From Saccostrea cucullata (lineage: Eukaryota): a stretch of DNA of 64,000 bases. The position numbers and the translations under genes were made by a program. Numbering within the stretch: the first letter of the stretch is position 1; every line of letters starts with the position of its first letter. The notes beneath the pieces were generated by a model. That model ran no database searches. It saw only the letters and a list, made by a program, of their open reading frames with translations, and was not told the DNA's origin. Location: the NCBI RefSeq assembly GCF_032062105.1, contig NW_026926947.1, forward strand, positions 1 through 64,000, read 5' to 3'. Below, in pieces: positions 1 through 13,557 of the stretch.

Positions 1-624
1 TCTGTCTAAGATTCTGTGAAACATCGACCAAAGAAAGAAACATATATGAAATTCTTTTTTTAAATCAATGTTAATCTTTTTAAGAAAAAAAGATTTTTGT
101 TTTATCGCAATAATTCGCAACTGATCCAATTTGAAAACCAGAACGAAAACGAGTCATTAAATAAGAGGCGAAACCTGCATTCAATTCACATAATACTTCC
201 AGATTGCACACACGAATTTCAAAGTTTAATATTAATAACAATATTCATGTAACATTATCAACAATTTATTTAAACTTAGAAATGTTTAGCAAACTTGTTT
301 CACAGACTCTTTTTTTTTTTAGAAATGTCAGAGTGAGGAAGTTTTTGTTTAAGTTTTATGTTAAATTTCTTATTGTTCAATAGAAAACATTAAACTTTTG
401 TTTGGTATTTATACCTTCCAAAGTATCTTTGATATAAATGTTTTATATTCAAGATTGTTTTGCATAATTTATTAAATAAATCAATCTAAGAAATATATTT
501 CTGATTTATACCTAAGATACAATCTATGACGTCACAAAATCAGAATGTATTTAAGATCTGTAATTAGTTCCTCTATTATATTAAAGAAACCTAAGACATA
601 AAATCGAAATGATAAAGAGCTTAC

Positions 625-730
625 ATAACTTGAGATCGTCAAAGCAGTCAAACATCTCCGTGCTCCAGTCTCTGTGACCTTCGATCCCTATAACCATCAG
701 AGGATTACCAGAACCGGCTGTCAGGAATCT
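625..730 (-). pseudogene. PLAC8/cornifelin-like copy 0: first coding exon with start-codon deletion (exons 2-3 would lie left of the window)
   Basis: Paralogous to exon 1 of copies B/D, including the flanking introns (1-1010 vs 10855-11937). Lacks the 67 nt equivalent to 11575-11641, which contain the ATG. The remainder reads ..GSGNPLMVIGIEGHRDWSTEMFDCFDDLKL with GT donor at 624-623; the conserved WSTGL is changed to WSTEM. Confidence 0.7.
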
Positions 731-1680
731 CTATTTTAATGAATAATTGAATGTTGTAAAGTAATGATATTCATGTTCTAAACAAGGCCTTGTAGAATAA
801 TAGTATGTGTTCTAATCAAAATTCATAAGAAACACAAGTTTTATTATAATTTTCAATCAAGAGGAACGGGTATGCTACCATGGAAAAACCAACAAAAAAT
901 CCTTGCTATATTACATAAATTTTACGAATTATAGAGGGTAACTTTGGACATTTTAACCTTTGGGAAATCCTTGTCTGCCAGGTGTATTGCAAAGATCATA
1001 ACCAAAAACCAGCAATGCTTTGTTCTCATATTAAAAAATACAATGCAAGATGTAATTAAGAAAAACATGCATAATCCTTATTTTTTTAATTCTTAGATAA
1101 AAGAAACTTAGAACGTAAAAAAACTTCACAAAACACACACAGACACTGATACATCAAAAAGTTAAAAAAGAAAAACAAACATAGATTACACGATCAGTAT
1201 GGTCTGGCCCCTGCTGACAAAGCGGGTAACAATATTGTCTCCTTTGTTAGGCTCATATTATAAATTGTTTTCAGACTAATTTAATTTAGTCTAAATAGTG
1301 TAATTTGATTGGACTAGATAGTCGCAAGACCATGTTTTATATAGTATAAAGAATGTAGGTATAGAGTCACGCCCCCCTTGGCAACAGTGATCAGGAACTA
1401 CTTTTTACTATAACTTCCAGTTTACATTAGAGTTAAGAGTAAAATTTTAATCATCTAAGAATAATAAATATTTTGAAGGAAATTCTTTTCTTTTAAAAAA
1501 ATGATGCCATCTTAAAGTAAAGTACACATTAAATTGAATATTTGTGAAAATAAATTGTCAAGGCAATAATAAGATGGAATTATATATGAGTTGTGATTTG
1601 TTGCCGTCTGCACAATGGCAAATTTTGACATGCTGGGGGTAGGAAAACGTGTTGAAATTGAAAAAAAAATTGATTACTGT

Positions 1681-2032
1681 AATTGATTGATTGATTGTCT
1701 TCTGTTTTACGTCCTGTTCGAGAATTTTTCACTCATGTAAAGTCGTCACCATATACCTATGAAAGGCTTCAAATGTTTGCCTTTATACGGCACTCAGGCC
1801 CATTGAGCAGTGAGGGATCATTATCGTGCCAACGCCTGCCGTGACAAGGGACCTGGGTTTTTAAGTTCTCATCCGAAAGATCCACAACTTTCACATTAAG
1901 TGCCGAGTGCATGGTGAAGAAACAGTTGCTCCTCATTTTTTATCGACTTAGGTCAGTCGCGGCAGAGATATGAACTCACAACCTCCCGATGACGGAGAAA
2001 GCGTTCTACCAACTAAGCTACCATGAACGGTC
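1681..2032 (-). mobile_element. tRNA-derived SINE
   Basis: Minus strand begins GACCGTTCATGGTAGCTTAGTTGGTAGAACGC...GTGAGTTCATATC (Pol III A/B boxes) and ends in a (CAAT)n tail; several copies in the window. Confidence 0.8.
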
Positions 2033-2034
2033 AA

Positions 2035-2720
2035 TTAATGTAATGTAAATAATGGCCTAACAATTAATATGAAAAACGCCAGTCAGCATTCAACTAAATG
2101 ATAAACTGTATTTGTTGGCAAGGTCATTATGTTGACTATAGAACTTACAATATGCATGATGACTTTAAACGAGGCTGTTGGTTTTCTTGTTTCATCAACT
2201 TGTTTGTCAATAATTTTCTTCGTTTTAGAAATTGGTCATACGGAGAACATGATTTTGCGTTTCGAATCGATTGAAAGATGTCATCTCCGTATAGAGGTGA
2301 GGAAAGTAAATTGATGTAAATTGAAGTAAAGGAAGTTTATGATTGAAAAAAGTCATCAAAGTTTTCATAAAGCATGTTTGTTAGATAAGCATTAATGTCC
2401 TTTACAAGTAAAATATCCAAATATGAAACAGATGTATAAGACTCTGTAGTGCCTTTATTTCAAGCTCACTGGAATATATCTTAGCGACAAAAGAATGGAA
2501 ATAACATTTGACAATTGACAATTTTTTGTTGATATACCTTAAGGTCGAGTTGAGGGATTCCCGTATATCGAATGATCTTTTCTAATGACGTACCTCGGTA
2601 TAAGTATAACATTTTGAACAATTTCTGTTTCATATGAACACAAATATAGTTTCGCTAATAAAGGGGTGAAATTGGTATCCATGGGAATTCCAATTGATTG
2701 TTGGGATATTTTTTGCATCT
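2035..2720 (-). mobile_element. Degenerate Penelope-like retroelement, RT C-terminal fragment
   Basis: Minus-strand remnants GIPMDTNF.PL / ELEIK.TTES.TS.SYLDILL / ISFNRFETQ; frameshifted. Same family as 6920-7735. Confidence 0.7.
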
Positions 2721-3435
2721 CTTGGTTACATAATCAGTGGCCACTATTCCATATAGACAAAATGGTTGTAGCCTAAACATCACTTTCTCTGGAATAAAAA
2801 ATTTGGATTGAATAAAGGAGCGGAGAGTTGATAATAAATTGTACGTATTAATTTATTTAGCTGCAAATGCTAAAAAGCATTCTTAGCAATTTGCACGTTC
2901 ATTCCTATCCAATTATGTTTACAGATTTGTTTTATATTATTTTTTGGGATAAAACTGTTCCCTTTGCTGAAAAGGTTTTAAGCCAAATTAACGATACATG
3001 CACGTATATTATATAAAGTGAAATTTTGGCAATGCTTTTTATTTCTGCTTACCGGTTTTAATAAACCTGTCGTAATGTATCCTTTCACTGGCAACACCTT
3101 CTTCTTATTCGATTACATTTTTATTTTATCTCAAATGTATGTTGTTTTTTCATGAATTTTTTTTTAGAAATACACAATATTTGGAAATGCACTGCACAGT
3201 TTATTCAAATGTGTGCATATTTTTTTTTTTCGCAGAAAATTATAAACTTTAATGGTTAACATCGAAAACAAAAATTCACAATATTTTTTTCTACATCTTG
3301 AGGAATTAAAATAAAAAAGTGATTAATTTAATTTTAATCAAAACCTCATTATCTACCTTTAATTCTAATATAAAACAACATATATTGTCTATAGAATTAT
3401 ATTTCAAGCTTGTTTAAAAATACAAAAATTAAAAT

Positions 3436-3690
3436 GGGGTGTGGAGCAGTAGTAGAGCGTCTGCTCTAGAGTCGCAAAGTAAGGAGTTGATTCTTACATC
3501 GCGGGTTCGAATCCCGGGCACTGTGGGACGTGGAGACCGGTTCTTCGGATGTGATCGTATAAACCGAGGACCAGTGTTGCAGTACATAATGATACGACCC
3601 CAATCCCCAATTGCTTTTAAAATGGCTTAGGTGGTATCTGTATATCAGACGATGACAATAAATGTAAACAAAATCAGATCAAATTTTTTT
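3436..3690 (+). mobile_element. Second tRNA-derived SINE family
   Basis: GGGGTGTGGAGCAGTAGTAGAGCG (A-box-like) ... GGGTTCGAATCCC (B box), followed by a non-tRNA body and an A-rich tail. Confidence 0.6.
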
Positions 3691-5096
3691 AAAAGTGTAA
3701 GTAACGTATTGGACTATTTGAATGCTTTATAGTTCCTGGTCTTTTGTAAAGAGTTAAAAGTAAGTGTATTAAAAAATCGAGAAAAAATTCTGCTTCTATG
3801 CTATAAAAACAAGTTTCAAGTGGTAACAAAAAAGAATCAAGTGATACAGAAAAGTTTTTAACAAATAGGTATTGAGTCAGACTGTTAAATGTAAGGGGAA
3901 ATTGTTTTTGAGAAATTCGTGACGGTATGATTTTTAGCGTTACGGTCTTGTTTGGTTTATCCTTTGGTTAAAAAAACACGTTGATTTTCAAAAAATTTAT
4001 GCCAAGATATATTAAATTCATATTTACATCAAAGACAGGTGTTTTTATTACCAAATTTAATTACCTTGTCACTTGCAACTAAATTTTTGAAGAAAAAAAA
4101 TCAATACTTTACACACAAATACTCTATAATAAAAAAGAGTTTCTGATTGATTATATCGCAGTGTTTGGAAATCTGATAATTGCCCTCGAGTCAACAAGGC
4201 AGGTGGTCATTAAATATTTTTAAATATCACACAAACATGTGTTGTTTCTATATACACGTAGCTTAGGAAATGTTCTAATGTTATTGGCTGTATTTGTGTA
4301 CATGACGTGCGAAGTGAAATAAAAACCTAGTTTGCAATTTAGTGCTATGTTTTATATAAACTTCAAAGCTTTGGGCGGCCTTAATGTGGCTTTATATCCT
4401 TGTAGAAGGTTTCGAGTTCATTTAAAAACTCAGGTATGAATGTTTTCCCAACCTCGAAAACTAGTCGTAGCAAGCACTTATGATGTATATTTAGAAATAA
4501 GCACATGTATGCATAACACTATCCACATTGCATTTTTTTTATCCCCTCCAAGTAAAAGCTTATCATATAGAAATCTTATATGCTATAGTGGGCCTCAAAG
4601 ATACCGTGCGTGATTTTTTTAAAGTTTAAAATCCTTTCAATTAGATGATGTGCATGAAAGAAAGCACTTTATACTTAAAGTTATTTTTTATTTACAGTTT
4701 CGTTCCAGAATTGGTAGGAAAAAACAGTTAAAATAAAAATGTACGTTTATCATTCTTTTCTGTACTTTACAAAACTTTCTTTTAAAAAAAAATCATTTTT
4801 TGCTTTGGATTTTTTTGCTGACATTTGACATCTTTGCTTACAATTTCAAATATAAAAACTATAAGTATGCAATATAATGATCTTTTTGATTTAAAAGATC
4901 TTATGCAGTTATCACATTTTTAAGTTGAATTATTGCCTTAAGAGAAAAAAATTGGGGTTTTTTGTTTATTTTAAAATGAAAATTTTAATATATATGTACA
5001 GAATGGGTATACTAATATAATAGATAGAGGCTACAAGGAGAAAGCGTCACTTTAATTAAAAATAGAGTTTCCAGATTCTCTTCTGAAATATCGTCT

Positions 5097-7909
5097 TTAT
5101 GGGACTCCCATGTTATCGAGTTCTCTCTGCATCTGACACACTCCACACGGGCCACAACAAGTCAGAACCATACAGTCATTACAGGCGGATCCCTACAAGT
5201 AATTGTTTGAAAATAAATGTGAAATTAGATGAAAACGAAAAAAAAAAAAAAAAAACTTACCAGAAGATTTTTTTCACACATTAGATCTACATATAGATAT
5301 TCATTATTATATATTTACATTTGCAAATGTTTCCCTTTATATAACACTACTGAAAGCAATGCGTATCTATAACCGTATAAATACAGGTTCCTCGAACGTC
5401 AAAAACGTTCGACGTAATTTCTCAGTGACGTCATAAAGGGTCGACGCGCGTTTAGTGCATTACATACATGCCGAAGGATTTGAAAAATAAAACATTTCAC
5501 ACGTTTAAAGTCACAATCAGGCAAATTTAAAGTATGAATGAGTAACAAATGTAAATATATGTCATAAGATATCATTTTGAACCATCTATCGGGCTATAAA
5601 TACGGGTTGGTACGAGATCTAGTTCATCATAAAGCCCTTCGGGCTGGAATTTGATCTCGTGACCAACCCGTATTTATATCCCGATCATGTTTTAAAATGA
5701 TACCCTATTTCTTAAGAGTGCTTGACATTATAAACCTGAATGCCGCCGATGGTTCTGATTCTACTCCTCAGAACGACAGATCCTCCTTGAACACAATAAG
5801 GCATACAACAGCACTCCCCAGTCCTGGAGGCCACGTTACACAGAGTGCAGGGTAAACAGAAGTATCCAAGTATGCCTATTAAAATAGAATTTATGGATTA
5901 TAACACTATTTGGCAGGTTTATTGACGTGACATGGGTGGGGAATGTTACCTCCACGTGTGCTTCAATCATTTATGAATCATGGCCATCTTTACTTTTTTT
6001 TTTATTATGTTCCCTTGTCTATATATGCCGTCTTTGAATGAATAAAATACATTATACTTTTCTTTCCTGATACCTGGTATATCATCATTAATTTTAGTTT
6101 GAAGCATTTTTGTATGTGATATTTAGATCCAAAGTGCAAATCTTAATTAAATTTTACGCTTCAAAAAGTTTATGTCTGGGCTATTGGTTATGGTTGCTGG
6201 TAATGAAACGATCAGCATTAACTTTGTCTGATATGGCGAAAAATAATCTAAATCAATCTTTCCCCCAAAAAGTTTGTATGTTTGACATTTTTGTTTAGAT
6301 TTGAGTTGACTTCTGATCCCATTTCCTATGATTTTAAAAGGCCCTTGTGTGCTCTTCTCCTTCAATTTTGTATTGAAAATTCCAAAGAGCTTTAAAATTT
6401 GAGCTTTTTTTTACTTGATGTTATCTTCATATTTAATGTATGTAACTATGTATCACGTAAACAAAGTTTACCTCTATATAATTACGTAATTATACATAAT
6501 TATAAATATTTTAAAGGAGTTTAAATGAACAGTGAAGAAATTGAACAGGATATATCTATTTTAAAAAGAAAAAATAACAGTACAAATCGTGAACAGGACA
6601 AATGCTTCAATTTAATTGGGAACGGGTGTTATTGAGAAATGCGCATCCCCGATCGACAAGCCACATTCTGCATTAAAAGAAAAAAAATTAAATGCCCATA
6701 TTTGCCTATTTCTTTCGTGAACTTGTTTGTTTTACACACAATTTGATATCTTGTTCGTGCATCACATTTAGTTTATACATTTCATGCACCATTTCACGTT
6801 TGATCTTTGAAAAGGTATATGGCAAAATATACTTGTATTATTTACTTGACAGAAACATAATCTTGTAAAAGGAAAATATTATGACACTTTCAAACAAATA
6901 TAATGAATAACGAATAGTTTATAAGCTTAAAAGTCCATTAAACGATACAAAATTGGAGCAGCGCAAACACGAAACTCCAAAACATCAGAAGTGGGATAAG
7001 GTGCCATGGAGTAGTGAGCATCCCATGCCCACTGGTCACACCTGCAGTGTGCCCCTTGTTGTGATTGGAAAACATCGGCATAAATCCGGCAACAATTCGT
7101 AATGTAAATAATGGAATAATAGAATAACAATTAATATAAAAAAAAAGTCAGTCAGCATTAGACTAAGTGATAAATTGTATTTGTTGACAAGGTCATTTTG
7201 TCGAACTTACGAACTGCATGATAAATTTACACGAGACTGTTGATATTCATCAACTTGTTTGTCAAAAATTTACCTCGTTTTAGAAATTGTTCATACATCG
7301 AATATGATTTTGCGTACCTAATCGACTGAGAGATATGAACTCCGAATACAAATGATGAAGGTAAATTGCTGTTTAAGTAAAGGCAGTTTACGATTGAAAA
7401 GTTAGAGTCATTACGTTCATCATAAAGCTTGGTTGTTAAATAACCTTGAAGGTCTTTTTCAAGTAAAATATCCAAATATGAAGTAGATGTATAGGATTCT
7501 GTGGTGCCTTTATTTCAAGCTCACCGGGATATATCATATCGACAAAGAATGGAAATAACTATTTTCAATTGACAATACGTCGTTGATATATCTAAATGTC
7601 GAGCCGAAGGACACATCGAAAGATCTCTACACGTGCTCGGTATAAGATTTTGAACGAATTCTGCTTCATAATATAGTTTTTCTAATAAAGGGGCGCGATT
7701 GGTATCCATGGAAATTCGAATTTTTTTGCATCTCTCGACTACACAACTCTTAAACTATTGCAAAATAAAAAGAAACACTTACACGTTTTAATGTCAGAGA
7801 AGCAGTCAAACAGGCCGGTACTCCATTGTCTGTGACCGTAAATGTCCGTCACCTTCAGCCTATTATCTGGAACGCCAGCTGGTTGTTGAACAACTACTGT
7901 AGTTGACAT
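5097..7909 (-). CDS. PLAC8/cornifelin-family protein, copy A (120 aa)
   Basis: Exons 7909-7783 (127 nt), 5875-5736 (140 nt), 5192-5097 (96 nt); all GT-AG and in frame. MSTTVVVQQPAGVPDNRLKVTDIYGHRQWSTGLFDCFSDIKTCILGYFCLPCTLCNVASRTGECCCMPYCVQGGSVVLRSRIRTIGGIQGSACNDCMVLTCCGPCGVCQMQRELDNMGVP*. WSTGLFDC, CxxGxFCxPC, RxxIRxxxGIxGS and DC...C.PC..CQ..REL are PLAC8-domain hallmarks. Confidence 0.93.
5571..5701. repeat. ~130-bp imperfect palindrome (MITE-like) in copy A intron 2
   Basis: ATCATTTTGAA..ATCGGGCTATAAATACGGGTTGGTACGAGATC pairs with GATCTCGTGACCAACCCGTATTTATATCCCGAT..TTAAAATGAT; small inner GCCCTTCGGGC hairpin. Confidence 0.8.
6920..7735 (-). mobile_element. Penelope-like retroelement 3' fragment in copy A intron 1
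   Basis: ORFs 7227..7475 (DILLEKD..GYLTTKLYDERNDSNFSIVN..YLNSNLP....GVHISQSIRYAK) and 7521..7709 (MDTNRAPLL...YEAEFVQ) resemble PLE RT palm/thumb motifs, followed by the family 3' motif. Confidence 0.75.
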
Positions 7910-8254
7910 CTTGGTTTCCTTTGTTTGACGAACTCAAAACTCTGAAACAAAAAAATTAAAATGTAATATATTTGGTGCATTGTGTTTCCCTTTTTTCTTT
8001 TAAAATGAAAAACACAATTTTTTAAAAGATAAAATATTACTATTTCAATGATCTCTTTTATAATCATGTGCGATTTTTAAGAAAATAATTGTTCAATTCT
8101 CGGGAAAAATATAATATTTGATATTAATATGTAAAGTGAATTTTTTGCGAAAAATGGTATATTTTGTAAAAATCTTTCTTTAATAAAAAAAATTATGAAA
8201 TTGAACTGAAACATAAAATATCTATAGCCGTCTTAAGCTAAGATATGCAGAACA

Positions 8255-8430
8255 AACATTACCTTTCTCTGTTTAAAACGTTTTCGAGTGCACCCTATTC
8301 TCGGGGTGTTTGTACTTATGCAGGAAGAGATTTACTGTTTGTTTGTCGCATGGAGACCATCAATTCTATCAGTTTCCTGTCACCAATTAGAATGTTTATA
8401 ATAATAATCATTCCTAAGGTTAATCTACAA
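8255..8430 (-). promoter_or_regulatory. Putative core promoter and short non-coding first exon of copy A
   Basis: Non-coding block highly conserved, in inverted orientation, with 14690-14860 upstream of copy C. TATA-like TGCATAAGTA followed ~50 nt later by an AAG|GTAATG donor (~8262); matching CAG acceptor at ~7943, just upstream of the ATG. Confidence 0.55.
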
Positions 8431-10192
8431 GGAATTTGTCATCAGTTCCCTTCCTCCATACCATTTTTTCTTGTAGACGAAAAACAACAAAGCAAAAACT
8501 ATACAGGTCTAAACTTGATAGTTCGGAAAAAGTTATAAAATATACGGTCAAAATGCATGCTAATATTAGAAAACCAGGTAAAATAAGGTATTTCAAAACA
8601 ACTAATTTTTATGTGTTGACTGAAGACTTGTATACTTTAAAAAAACAGTGTTTATTTAGGTGATAAATGTCGAAGACCATCTTGCTCTACTGCAAAACTT
8701 GCCACTTTAAATCTCTTTCTTTGAGATTAAGAGAATACAAAATGAAAAGTCAAAGCTCTCACTGATATTACCCTACAGATAAAAATAAAGACACAAATTG
8801 AATCTTACAAAGTTGATAATCACTTTATACAAGAACAAAGCATTTGCGTCAGTTAAATATTTTTTGTGATCTTCACGCCCTTACTCTGAATTCCACAGTT
8901 GTATTCTCAAACAGGACGTAAAACAATCATTCCATCTATACCTTTTAATTAAGACCAGAAAAAAAATATAAATTCTCAAGCTAAATTTTATTTCCTCTTT
9001 TAATTTATTTTTATAACCATATCAGCCGATGTACGTAGATGATTTTCTATCAATATAATCTAATGAATGAAAATTTGCAGAATTAATTTTACTGAAGGAA
9101 TCAAAATTGATTTTTGTTGTTTAAAAGTTCTTAATGTAAAAAAAAAGCATGATTTCTTTAAGCTGCTTGTTATAATCAAATCAATTGATGTAGTACTTCT
9201 TAATGATTTAAGACATCACGATGAAAAATATCTAGTTCGGCTTCATTTGATTCTCTATATTATATATTACTTTTATAATACATCTCCTAAAGCAATCTAT
9301 TATCGAGTTATTAACCTTGTTAGAAATGTAGAACGCCTAGATTTGACAAATACAAATTTAAGTGTTGAGGCACTATTATCACTTTAAATAAGGAACGTAG
9401 AAATTTAAAAGTGTCTTGTGATAAAGGTGAATTTTTAACGCGTTAAAACCTGATTTTTAAAACATAATTTCGGTATTAATTGACAACGAACTTTTTTGAC
9501 TTGTTTACTATCTTCTGATATAACCTAAACATTATTACTAAAATGGCGTTTCAATGCATTTATTTGAGCTGCAAATATTAATACATTTGAAAAAATGGCA
9601 CATTCGTTATATTCAACCAACGTTTTCTGCTATAAAAGTGGGTCTAAACATAGGTTTTATGGAGTGATTCTTGTTCATAAAGTTAACAAATAAACCTCAA
9701 CGGATTTTTCACTTTATAAAAATAAATCGAAATACTTTGCTGATTCCCTGAAAATCACCGTAAAAAGACATGCCCTGTAAAAAGGTGAGTCAGTTTGAAG
9801 AACTGATACACAGCTGCTTCTCGGAAAGTGGACTTGTTCTTGGCGTGGGAACTTGAATCTAGCTGACTCCCTCAGTGATATACTTTAAATGCAAACTCTT
9901 CTACATTTTCTGCACCATTATTTTCAATTTTGACAACTGAGTGTTACACTTTCCGATCATCAAGAAAGAACTTCTTAAAACATTCTGTACTATTAGTATT
10001 CATTTATTTGTAATCAAAACTGAATATTTGTTTTGTGAGCATATAAAATAACAGAGCTTATTCATAATTGATATAAAAGTTTATAAAAAGATACAGTAGA
10101 ATTGCAGTAAATACATGAACAGACAAAAGAAACTGACAAGATAGTTCTTTACAGAAAATGGTCACTAAATTGTGATCCAAATCAATTGTTCT

Positions 10193-11603
10193 TCATTTTG
10201 GAACTCCCATGTTATCAAGTTCCCGCTGCATCTGACACACGGCGCACGGTCCTAACAACGACAAAATCACACAATCCATACAGGCTGTACCCTGTTAAAA
10301 AGACACAGAAACCGTTAATAACAGAAAGTATGACCAAAAGATTTTCATAACAAAGAAATCAACAACATTATTGTTTAGAGTAAATTAAAGAAATATAATT
10401 TTGGGCTTTTTTATTTACCTGGATGCCTCCTATGGTTCTGGTCCTGCTCCTTAAAACAACCGTTCCTCCCTGAACACAGTAAGGCATACAGCAGCACTCC
10501 CCAGTCCTTGAGGCAACTGAACATACTGTACAAGGGAGGCAGAAGAAACCGAGGAGACCTGAAAATAACATATATCTTTCTTTTTATTTAGTATGACAAT
10601 GTAGATTGATCATACAGTTTCAAGATAATTTTAATCCGACTTACTTGTGTACATCATTGTATTCATTGTATTGATGATTGATTTGACTATTGATTGTATT
10701 GATGATTGATTTTGACTATTGATTGTATTGGTGATTGATTTGACTATTAATCAATAAAGCCATGACAAAAACTGCCAATCATTCTTAATCTATTTTGTCG
10801 ACATAATGCATTTGTCACATGTATATTACGCACAGCGATGAAGTTTTCCTTTTGTTTCTTTGAAACATCGATCAAAGAAAGAAAAAAAAATATGTAATTT
10901 ATTTCTTAAATCAATGTTAATCTTTTTTTAGAAAAAAAGATTTTTGTTTTTTTTTCGCAATAAATCGCAAATGATCCAATTCGAAAAACATTACCAAAAC
11001 GAGTCATTAAAATTAGAGGCCAAACCTGCATTCATTTCACATAATACTTCCAGGTTGCAAACACGAAGTTCAACGTTAAATATCAATAACAATATATAAT
11101 TTATGTAACATCATCAACATTTATTTAAAATTAGAAATGATTACCAACCTGTTTCACAGACTTTTTATTTAGAAATGTCAGAGTGTGGAAGTTTTTGTTT
11201 AAGTTTAAAGTTAAATCGCTTGTTCTTTAACAGAAAATATCAAACTTTTGTTGGGTAATTATATCTTCTAAAAAATCTTTGTTAAGATTGTGTTGCACAG
11301 TTTATCCAAATAAATAAATCTAAAAGATGAATTTATGATATATACTTTTAAGATTCAATGTATGACGTCATAAAGACCAGGATGTATTTTCAAAACGTTC
11401 ATTTATGATCTGTATTATTAGTTTCTTCGTTGCTAATGCAACCTAAGACGTAAAACAGGCATGATAAAAAGCTTACATGACTTGAGATCGTCAAAGCAGT
11501 CAAACAACCCTGTGCTCCAGTCTCTGTGGCCCTCGATCCCTGTAACCATCAGAGGATAACCAGAACCGGCTGTCGGCTGCTGGACTACAACAGTGGTCGA
11601 CAT
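10193..11603 (-). CDS. PLAC8/cornifelin-family protein, copy B (121 aa)
   Basis: Exons 11603-11477, 10558-10419, 10291-10193; GT-AG, open frame. MSTTVVVQQPTAGSGYPLMVTGIEGHRDWSTGLFDCFDDLKSCLLGFFCLPCTVCSVASRTGECCCMPYCVQGGTVVLRSRTRTIGGIQGTACMDCVILSLLGPCAVCQMQRELDNMGVPK*. Exon 2 lies within ORF 10368..10571. Confidence 0.9.
10657..10750. repeat. Short tandem repeat, ~28-nt unit x3
   Basis: TTGTATTGATGATTGATTTGACTATTGA repeated about 3 times in copy B intron 1; absent from copy D intron 1. Confidence 0.8.
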
Positions 11604-11937
11604 TTTCTAGAGCCTTTGACGATAAGTCTGTTTTGAAAATCAGGAATCTCTATTATAATGAATCATTGAATGTTATAAAGTAATGATATTCTTGTTCAAA
11701 CCAAGGCGTTGTAGAATAATAGCATGTGTTCTATTTCAAAATTCATAAGAAACACAAGTTTTATTATAATTTTCAATCAAGAGGAATGGGTATGCTACCA
11801 TGGGAAAACCAACAAACAATCCTTGCTATATTACATCCCGGTAAGTTTTACGAATTATAGAGGGTAACTTTGGACATTTTAACCTTTGGGAAATCCTTGT
11901 CTGCCAGGTGTATTGCAAAAATCATAACCACAAAACC

Positions 11938-13557
11938 ATGTAAAGACGTCACCATATACCTATGAAGGGCTTCAAATTTTGGCCTTTACTCGGCACTCAG
12001 GCCCATTGAGCAGTGAGGGATCATTATCGTGCCAACGCCTGTCGTGAAAAAGGGACCTCGGTTTTTAAGTTCCCATCCGAAAGATCCGCAACTTTCACAT
12101 TAAGTGCCGAGTGCATTGCGAAGGAACAGTTGTTCCTCATTTTTATCGACTTAGGTCAGTCTCGGCCGAGATATGAACTCACAACCTCCCGATGACGGAG
12201 CAAGCGTTCTACCAACTAAGCTACCATGAACGGTCAATTAATGTAATGTAAATAATGGCCTAACAATTAATATGAAAAACGCCAGTCAGCATTCAACTAA
12301 ATGATAAATTGTATTTGTTGACAAGGTCATTATGTCGACCATAGAAGTTTCAATATGCATGATGGCATTAAACGAGACTGTTGGTATTCTTGTTTCATCA
12401 ACTTGTTTGTCAATAATTTTCTTCGTTTTAGAAATTGGTCATACGGAGAACATGATTTTGCGTTTCGAATCGATTGAAAGATGTCATCTCCGTATACAGG
12501 TGAGGAAGGTAAATTGATGCCTAAGTAAAGGAAGTTTATGATTGAAAAAAGTCATCAAGTTTATCATAAAGCATGTTTGTTAGATAACCATTAATGTCCT
12601 AAGTAAAATATCCAAAAATGAAGCAGATGTATAAGACTCTGTGGTGCCTTTATTTCAAGCTCACTAGAATATAGCTTATCGACAAAAGAATAGAAATAAC
12701 TATTGACAATTGACAATACCTTTTCGTATATCTAAATGTCGAGTTGAAGGATACATCGAATGATCTTGTCTAATGAAGTACCTGGGTATAACATTTTGAA
12801 CAAATTTTGTTTCATATGCATACAAATATAATTTCGCTATTAAAGGGGTGTAATTGGTATTCATGGGAATTCTAATTGATTGTTGGGACATTTTTTGCAT
12901 CTCTGGGTAACATTATCAGTGGCCAATATTCCACATAGACAAAAATGTTGTAGCCTAAACATCACTTTCTCTGGAATAAAAAATTGGATTGAATTAAGGA
13001 GAGGAGAGTTGATAATAAATCGTACGTATCAATTCATTAAGTTGCAAATGCTAAAAAGCATTCTTAGCAATTTGCACGTTCATACCTATCCAATTATGTT
13101 TGCAGTTTTGTTATATATTAATTTTTTGGGATAAAACTATTCCCTATGCTGAAAAGGTTTTAAGCCAAAGTTCAAGTGTTATTAATATTAAGTCTCTATC
13201 AGAAAATTTCATCGAAAGCAACATGTGTCCATAATAGTTGCAGGAAACGAAATTGATATCATGAATTATATTTCGTTAGTAGGAAATTCAACGTACTGAT
13301 CGAATTTTGATTATTCGGAAGGAAGTTTCCATATTTTCTAAGAAAATTTGTAGGATGAGTTAAGAGTTATGTTTTGTTAAGTGGTCTTCACATCACGATA
13401 TAAACTGTAAATATATCTATAATATTATTTTCACTAATCCAATCAAAGGAATTAATTGTAGAAGTCTGAATTTGCAAAAAATGCTCCCTTTGACCCCCAT
13501 CTCAGCTCGCCTTATACCTATCGGGTGGAACCTCTTTTTCTTTCAACACTTTGCACT
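11938..13557. repeat. Left arm of ~1.6-kb inverted repeat (truncated SINE + Penelope-like fragment + further repeat-like DNA)
   Basis: Reverse complement of 15408-17034, roughly 90% by eye with long exact runs such as GTTTTGTTAAGTGGTCTTCACATCACGATATAAACTGTAAAT. 11938-13168 is also a direct repeat of 1735-2987. Confidence 0.9.

Noticed and set aside
2129-2314. Duplicated 61-aa ORF (also 12332..12517) as a small gene family
   Set aside because: It is the antisense reading of a duplicated Penelope-like RT fragment.
3436-3520. tRNA genes at the SINE heads (also ~1960-2032, 16738-16810, 29950-30017)
   Set aside because: A/B boxes are present but there is no clean cloverleaf, and each continues into a SINE body and tail.
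6920-7735. Active or autonomous retroelement, or domesticated RT
   Set aside because: All Penelope-like pieces are short, frameshifted and contain stops; no full RT or endonuclease in the window.
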